The notes below the pieces were generated by a model that did not search any database, was not told the DNA's origin, and saw only the letters and a program-made list of their open reading frames with translations. From positions 12,595,675-12,659,674 of the forward strand of contig OZ037768.1 of assembly GCA_964035545.1 (NCBI GenBank): a DNA stretch of 64,000 nucleotides. Reading direction: 5' to 3'. Of this stretch, positions 57,727-64,000 are shown piece after piece; positions within the stretch are counted from its first letter, which is position 1; each line of letters begins with the position of its first letter. This DNA comes from Bugula neritina. Its lineage: Eukaryota; Animalia; Bryozoa. A program made the translations under genes and the position numbers.

Positions 57727-58140
57727 ATTACAAAACATTGGAATACTCACATAAACAGTGATGAAACTCTAAACCCTAGACTTCCAACCGGAAACCTTAA
57801 ACCTCTAACCTACAACCGTTGAACCTCCCATCTCACAAATCGAACCCAAAACCCTATCCTCAAATTCAAACGATTACCTTTGTCGTCATTGCCTGTGCCA
57901 TTTTTACCTGTTCCATTTTTGCCTGACACCAGTGTAATCCTTATGCCATACATGCTCAATCAAGCTACGACCTCAGCAGGGGTCAGGTATGAGAATCAAT
58001 TCTTAAGCCATACTGGATGGACTGCTCTCATGTATTGATTGTTTGGTGTAAAATTAGCAGCACCAGCATTCCTACCTGAGTGTCATTTATCTGTCAATGA
58101 TTTTTCTTTGAGTTACTTTTTTTAAGAACTGAAGGATTCG

Positions 58141-58292
58141 CACTTACATTAACTTTGCTTTTTATTTCACCCAACCTTTTGCTTACCAAATTTAGATCAT
58201 AGTATTTCACCTTGTATTAATTTAATTCAACTGAGAGATGTTTCTTAGAAATACTATATTATAATAGAATGTACTCGATTATCAGATAATAC
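58141..58292. repeat. Further diverged fragment of the array unit, cut by the Gypsy insertion
   Basis: Matches 11847-11999 up to ...cagataatac, where the LTR begins. Confidence 0.75.
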
Positions 58293-58702
58293 TGTGATAG
58301 ATTTTAGTAGTGCAATTCTTATTATGTTAATCGAAAAGGTTTACTCTATATTGTTTGTTATCTTGTGAGTTCGGCACTGTCGGAGTGTAACGATGGACAG
58401 CAGTGGCACCACTAGTAACCACCAATCAGGACAGTCACACTAATTGATAGCAGGTGGAGCTAGCTACTCGTAGTTGCAGTGCGCTGAGTAGCTAGCCGGC
58501 AGAGCAGCTTGGGACTTTATTTAGAGTAGTTGTGTATTAAAGCTCACTAATTATGTAATCGTTTTCTATTCATGTTAGCAGTAAATAACCTTCTTGTATT
58601 TGTGTAAATAATAAAGTGTCTCTTATCGTAAACAACCTGGTGCAGTGGCTTTGTCTAAGTTGACCCACACATAATAATAGTGAACTGGCAAAATTCACTA
58701 CA
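58293..58702 (+). repeat. 5' LTR (410 bp)
   Basis: TG...CA. Boundaries confirmed by the solo LTR at 37277-37697 and the adjacent PBS. AATAAA at ~58610. Confidence 0.88.
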
Positions 58703-58703
58703 C

Positions 58704-58722
58704 TGGTGGCAGCGTCGGATTC
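58704..58722 (+). promoter_or_regulatory. Primer binding site, complementary to tRNA-Leu (AAG/TAG type) 3' end
   Basis: TGGTGGCAGCG lies 1 nt after the LTR and is complementary to ...CGCTGCCA-CCA of eukaryotic Leu tRNAs. Confidence 0.75.
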
Positions 58723-58837
58723 CACTTAATACAAATGCCCCTAGCCAGGGAGTAAGATGGCCGACGAAGTCGTCGACGCGCCCCGACAGTAGCCAGCAGC
58801 AATAGAGGAAGATCACATAGGCGGCCCAGCGCTGCCT

Positions 58838-59626
58838 ATGGACAGGTACCACTTGCGGGCTCCCATCTTCTCAGGAGAAGAAGATGTGGAGCAATTCATC
58901 ACCGAGTTCAGTGATGTGGCGGACATCTGCGGATGGCCGAACAGGGTTACTCTGATCCAGCTGCGGTTGTGTCTGACAGGGCCGGCTAAACCCTATGGGA
59001 TAAGCCAGAATGTCGGTGACATATTTGAAGCAATACGAGCTAGGTTTGGATTAACCGCTCGAGATGCTCGCGTGCAACTGCAGAGTCTTAGGAGAAATCC
59101 TAAGACCAATCTGCGAGAGCACGCTACCGTAGTCGAACGACTGGCACAAGTTGCTTACAGCGACTTGCCTGCCGACGGTCGACAGAGCCTAGCACTGGAT
59201 GCATTCCTCCAGTCTATTAACAACCTCGGTCTGAAACAGCATCTGCTGGTGGCCGAAGTTGAGACTATGGAGAGAGCTCTAAGGCTTGGGAATGCCTATT
59301 TCCAAGCCGACAGTGCAAGTCGACCTGGTGCGACAGTGCAGCAAGTCGAGGCAGACGACGTGTCGACGTCGCCAACGAAGACAGCTGTACAGGTCGCAGC
59401 GGCAGCAGCAGACGAATCTAGCTTAACCACGAGCTTGATTCGAGAACTGCTAGCCGAGATCAGGCAACTGCGCCAGCAGGCGACAGCCGAGAGACCCAAG
59501 AGATCGTCGGTAGCTGTCGACGACAGGCGCAGCCCCGTATGCTGGGGCTGTGGTAGTGGTGGGCACTTCCTACGAAGTTGTCCCCGCGGCAGTGGGAGGC
59601 GGTTAAACAGCGACGGCCCACGGTAA
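58838..59626 (+). CDS. gag: Retrotransposon Gag, 262 aa
   Basis: FSGEED/FITEF capsid-like N-terminus and a CCHC knuckle CWGCGSGGHFLRSC. Confidence 0.92.
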   Translation: MDRYHLRAPIFSGEEDVEQFITEFSDVADICGWPNRVTLIQLRLCLTGPAKPYGISQNVGDIFEAIRARFGLTARDARVQLQSLRRNPKTNLREHATVVERLAQVAYSDLPADGRQSLALDAFLQSINNLGLKQHLLVAEVETMERALRLGNAYFQADSASRPGATVQQVEADDVSTSPTKTAVQVAAAAADESSLTTSLIRELLAEIRQLRQQATAERPKRSSVAVDDRRSPVCWGCGSGGHFLRSCPRGSGRRLNSDGPR

Positions 59627-59645
59627 CTTCCGCCTACCGTGGGCC
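59602..59645 (+). promoter_or_regulatory. Programmed -1 ribosomal frameshift signal
   Basis: Slippery G_TTA_AAC (59602-59608), 6 nt spacer, and a perfect 11 bp stem GGCCCACGGTA/TACCGTGGGCC (59615-25 / 59635-45). pol is in the -1 frame. Confidence 0.8.
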
Positions 59646-62600
59646 CCAGTTTAACCCCCCAAGGCAGAGGCTACGGCCCCCACCCCACCGGGTGAGGAGG
59701 CCGCCTTCGCCAGAAAGGCAAGCCCCAAGGAGAGTGAGTCGGCCGCAAGGCCCACCAATACCTCCGGCTTGGGCACTCAAAAACCGCTTTGAAGGTTTGC
59801 TTGATGAGGGAGTGAACGACGAATGGGAGCACAACAGGGATTTTCCTCGGTTGCCCACACGAGCATCAGTCCGAGAATTCACTCGGCCGCCCGTGTGTGA
59901 GCGAGACCGAGACGTACCCTGCCCGCCCATGCAACGTCGACGACCCCCTCGCAACCGAAAAGCACAGGTGCATCCCCAACTCCATGCACATGAGGTGTCG
60001 CCTCAAGAGACAAACCGCTCAGTGAGCGCTCAGCCATATGGAAGCAGCTATTTCCTCCCCGGCAAAATTGCTGGTAAAGCTGCCACATTCCTGTTGGATA
60101 CTGGGTGCACCACAAATCTACTGAGTCGACGTCTCTTCGACACTCTCAGTGCCAGGGACAGGGCTAGCCTAGAACCATATGAAGGGGAGCACGGCACGTT
60201 GGCGGACGGGTCGTGTATTCCTTTCTATGGGGTAATCCAGTTGACTGGTAGAGTCCGTGATCAGATGATCAGTGAGACCTTCATCGTCAGTCAACTCAAG
60301 GAGGATGCCATCTTGGGCATGCCATTTCTGAAACGACACAGGTGCTACATATACTTTAGCAAGTCGGCAGTAGTGATGGCGGGGCGTGAGCTGGCCTGTG
60401 TCGACCGATTTGGCCGACCCTTGGTGGGGGGAGTGCAGGTGGTACAGCGCTGTACTGTACCTGGGCGCTCCCGGGCTACAGTTCGCTGCAGAGTGAACTG
60501 TAGGGAAATCTCCGAGCTCGGAGTGGTGGAAGGTGCACTGGGGGGCGTCCAGCTCGCTAACAGTCCGAATAGACTGGATGAGCGGGGGGAGTTCCTGGTC
60601 CAGTGCGTAAACCCTTTCACAGAGCCGGTAGAATTACCGGCTGGGTCTCTAGTAGGGAAGTTCCACTCCGTGCAAGAGGAGGATGTAGGGCCCGCGCTGG
60701 AAACAGCGGACGACGCCCAGGGAGTACCCACTAGAGACGGCAGGGGGCCGGTGCCTGAACACGTAGCAGAGTTGTACGAGGATGCCTGTGATAGCTGTGA
60801 GAGCAAGCGAGAACGCCTGGAGATGGCGCGGCTACTCTCTGAGTACAAGGACGTGTTCAGTTGCGGCGACCATGACATGGGTCTGACTAAGACTGTTCGT
60901 CATGAGATACCCCTGGTGGCGCGGACGGTGCCGATTCGGCAGCCGACCCGCCGATCAGGTCCTGAGAAGGAGAGAGAAGTGAGCCGTCAGGTGCAAGACC
61001 TTCTGAACCGGGACCTGATTGAGCTAGGCCATGGGGCCTGGAGTTCTCCAGTCGTCCTGGTTCGGAAAAAGGATGGTAGCTGGAGGTTTTGCGTTGACTA
61101 TCGCAGGCTGAACAGCGTGACCATCCAAGACGCTTACCCTCTCCCGAGGATCGATGAGTCGCTCGATGCCTTAGCTGGTAGCAAGTTCTTCAGCACGTTG
61201 GACTTGCTAAGCGGGTATTGGCAGGTGCCCCTGAGTTCTGAAGCACAGGACAAGGCCGCGTTTATAACGCGGGATAGGCTCTGGAAATGGAAGGTGTTGC
61301 CATTCGGACTTACGTCCACAACAGCCACCTTCCAGCGACTCATGGAGCAGGTCCTGAGTGGACTGCACTGGAAGACCTTGCTCATCTATCTCGATGATGT
61401 CATCGTCATCTCCCCCGACTTCGACACACATGTCAGTCGACTCAGGGAGGTGTTCGACAGACTCCGAGCTGCTAGCCTGAAGCTAAAACCCTCGAAGTGT
61501 GCGTTACTGCAACGCGAGGTCAAGTACCTGGGCCATGTAATTGGTCGAGACGGGGTCGCCACCGACCCCGAGAAGGTACGGGCTGTGAGGGACTGGGCCG
61601 TTCCTGTCGACCTCTCTGAATTGCGGGCGTTCCTGGGGCTGGTAGGGTACTATCGTCAGTACATACCAGACTTCGCCGGAATTGCACAGCCGTTAAATCG
61701 GCTGACCGCAAAGGGGGTGCGATGGCAGTGGACGCAGGCTGAGCAGAAGGCATTTGACCACCTGAAGGATCGTCTGGTGGAAGCACCCATCTTGGCGTAT
61801 CCTGACCCTGCGAAGGAGTACATTTTGGATACTGATGCCAGTAACCATAATGTGGGGGCTGTGCTATCGCAGGTCCAAGATGGTCGCGAGGTGGTGGTGG
61901 CTTACTATAGCAAGGCCCTGTCGGCGCCTGAGAAGAACTACTGTACAACCAGGAGGGAACTCTTGGCAGTAGTCAAGGCGGTCAAACACTTTAGACCATA
62001 TCTATATGGGCGCACATTCCGGCTTCAGACGGATCATGCGTCCCTGATATGGCTGTGTCGACGGGCAGAACCATCAAGCCAAGTGGCGCGCTGGCTAGAG
62101 ATCCTGGCAGAGTTTTCTTATCGGATCGAGCATCGACCCGGTAAGAAACACGGTAATGCAGACGGACTCAGCCGCCGCCAGGCAGATGGGTGTAAGCAAT
62201 GCCAGAATATCGAGCGCAGGGACGGTGGACCCCCTCGCTCGGACGTCGAAGCGCAGTTGGGGAAAGCGGGTGTGTACAGCTGGGAAGAAGGGCAACTCCT
62301 GTCCGAATCACCCAACAAAGCTGTTAACAACCTTCACGCAAACCCCACGTTGCTTCGGAACGTCAGAGAGCTATGTCGGCTCCAGTCTACGCTACCAGGA
62401 GTGGTAGCTGACCTAGTCCGGGCCAAGAAGGAGGGACGGCGGCCGAGTGAGGCCGAACAGCGAGTGAAGAGTACTGAGTTTAAGTACTTCTGTGACCGCT
62501 GGGACTCCCTCAGGTTCAACAGCGATGGGCTGCTAACGATCACGTTGGCAGCCGGCACCAATCGCAGTGAACGAGAGAGGGTAGTCTGCCCGTCAGCTCT

Positions 62601-64000
62601 GAGGGGGGAGTTGATCTGGGACACCCATAAGCAAGCTCACGCAGGAGCTAGCCGGGTGATCAGGTGTCTTCAACTCCAGTGGTTTTGGCCCGGTATGACC
62701 CGGGATGTCCGACTCCGGGTGCGGAAGTGCGAGGTGTGCCAAGCTAGCAAGCATGGCCGCCCCACTGAGACCGCAGGGAGGCGTCGCCTCCATGCCGGTC
62801 GTCCGTGGCGGGTGGTTGCTGTCGATCTGGTAGACCCCATGCCCACTACAGCGAGAGGTAATAACTGGGTACTGGTATTAACTGACCATTTCACGCAGTG
62901 GGCTGATGCACTGGCTATTCCAGATGCGTCGGCCCCCTCGGTGGCCAGAGCCTTGGATCAGCAGGTGTTCTGCTATTTCGGCTTGCCGGAGCAGATACAC
63001 TCTGACCAAGGCGCCCAGTTTCAGTCGCAACTTATGAGCGATCTCTGTAGGGTGTGGGGGGTAAACCAGAGTCGGACGACCCCGTATCACCCACAAGGGA
63101 ACGGGGTCGTGGAGCGGAACAACCGAATGCTAGGGGACTCTCTGAGAAGCCTGCTTATCGGTAGGAGCCAGGAAGAGTGGGACTTGGTGTTGCCGCAGAT
63201 CATGCGAGCGTACCGTAGTACCCCTCACTCCAGTACACTGGAGACCCCTAATTTTCTCATGCTGGGGAGAGAAACAAGGGTTCCTGAGCACGTAACCTAT
63301 CATGTTCCGACTCCCGAGAGCAATGTGGACAAGCTCGTAAAACGCATGGGGACGGCTCACGAGGTGCTACGTGAGCAGCAGTGGCAGGTCAGGAGTGGTG
63401 ACTCTGACGACCCACCTTTATACAAGGTGGGGGACTGGGTCTGGATGACCAGTCATCGCCGCAGGCGCGGACAGGCAGCCAAGTTGCAGCCGAAGTTCGT
63501 AGGTCCCTACTGTGTAATTGAGGTAATGCCAAACCATACATACAAAGTGGAACGGTCTGGACAAGTGTCGGTCCAGAACGAGGCACGGCTAAAACCTCAC
63601 TGGGCAAGTCCTGATGCGGCAGGTCAAGCACCTCCTCTCTTAGAGCCAGCTAGGCGCCCTCCTATGAGGGGGCGACCCATGGCGTATCGAGAGATTGAGG
63701 AGATACTGCCAGACCAGGACGGGGCGGCTGATGCGTCAGCCGACCAGCCCCAGCCTCCTCCACCCCAGGAAGAGGAGGCCGACACACCTGAAGACCTGTC
63801 AGAGCCAGCCCCACCACCTGTGGAGCCGGTCGACAGGCCCATCATTCCGGATGAGATGGAAATTCCTCAAATAATGAGGGAGAGGCAGCTGGGGGAGGGC
63901 CACCCGTACTGGTGGACCCCCCCCCCCGTACTGGCGACACCACCCGTGGTGGAAGAGTCACCAGTCGCAGCAAACTCCCCGGTACCGTTGGACCGTAGCC
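59605..64000 (+). CDS. pol: Retrotransposon Pol (protease, RT, RNase H, integrase), open to window end
   Basis: Frame +1: FLLDTGC, ILGMPFL, WRFCVDYRRLN, LPFGL, IYLDDV, LDTDAS, TDHASL, HKQAHAG..CEVC, HSDQG, YHPQGNGVVER, FVGPY. The ORF track reports no terminated + ORF in this frame, consistent with no internal stop. Confidence 0.93.

Larger units (their letters stand above)
58293..64000 (+). mobile_element. Gypsy/Ty3 LTR retrotransposon (3' end outside window)
   Basis: 5' LTR, PBS, gag and pol in PR-RT-RH-IN order, with an abrupt rise in GC content. Confidence 0.97.

Noticed and set aside
57765-57930. Telomere-like aaccct motifs
   Set aside because: Degenerate and adjacent to 15 bp tandem units, so more likely a MITE fragment than telomeric repeat.
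59296-63845. Many minus-strand and alternative-frame ORFs over the retrotransposon
   Set aside because: Shadow ORFs of GC-rich gag/pol.

Overview
AT-rich, intron-containing animal (invertebrate-like) genomic DNA. Bases 1-55,345 are a tandem segmental array of three diverged copies of a ~20 kb unit (periods about 23.3 kb and 19.8 kb). Each unit carries, on the minus strand, a spliced gene that I reconstruct by hand as 12 coding exons and about 494 aa: a short N-terminus with a Cys-Cys motif, an acidic stretch, six ankyrin repeats, a basic linker and a single ankyrin-type ZU5 domain, then a stop. It lacks the second ZU5, UPA and death domains, so it is a truncated 'mini-ankyrin'. The frame and splice sites are intact in all copies, and amino-acid differences cluster on the ankyrin binding face. 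Upstream of it is a relic B-box/TRIM-like gene that is damaged differently in each copy. Inverted, scrambled ankyrin exons lie between the copies. Each unit has its own insertions: a ~3.2 kb TIR element at different sites in copies A and C, a 5'-truncated LINE, a CACTA-like element, an Academ-like element, a solo LTR inside a long palindrome, and a ~270 bp element carrying a minimal hammerhead ribozyme between (TA)n tracts. The window ends with a SINE, a (CA)224 tract and an apparently intact Gypsy LTR retrotransposon (5' LTR, Leu-tRNA PBS, gag, -1 frameshift signal, pol running off the window). All comparisons were made by eye; no database searches were run, and the two shortest 5' exons are tentative.
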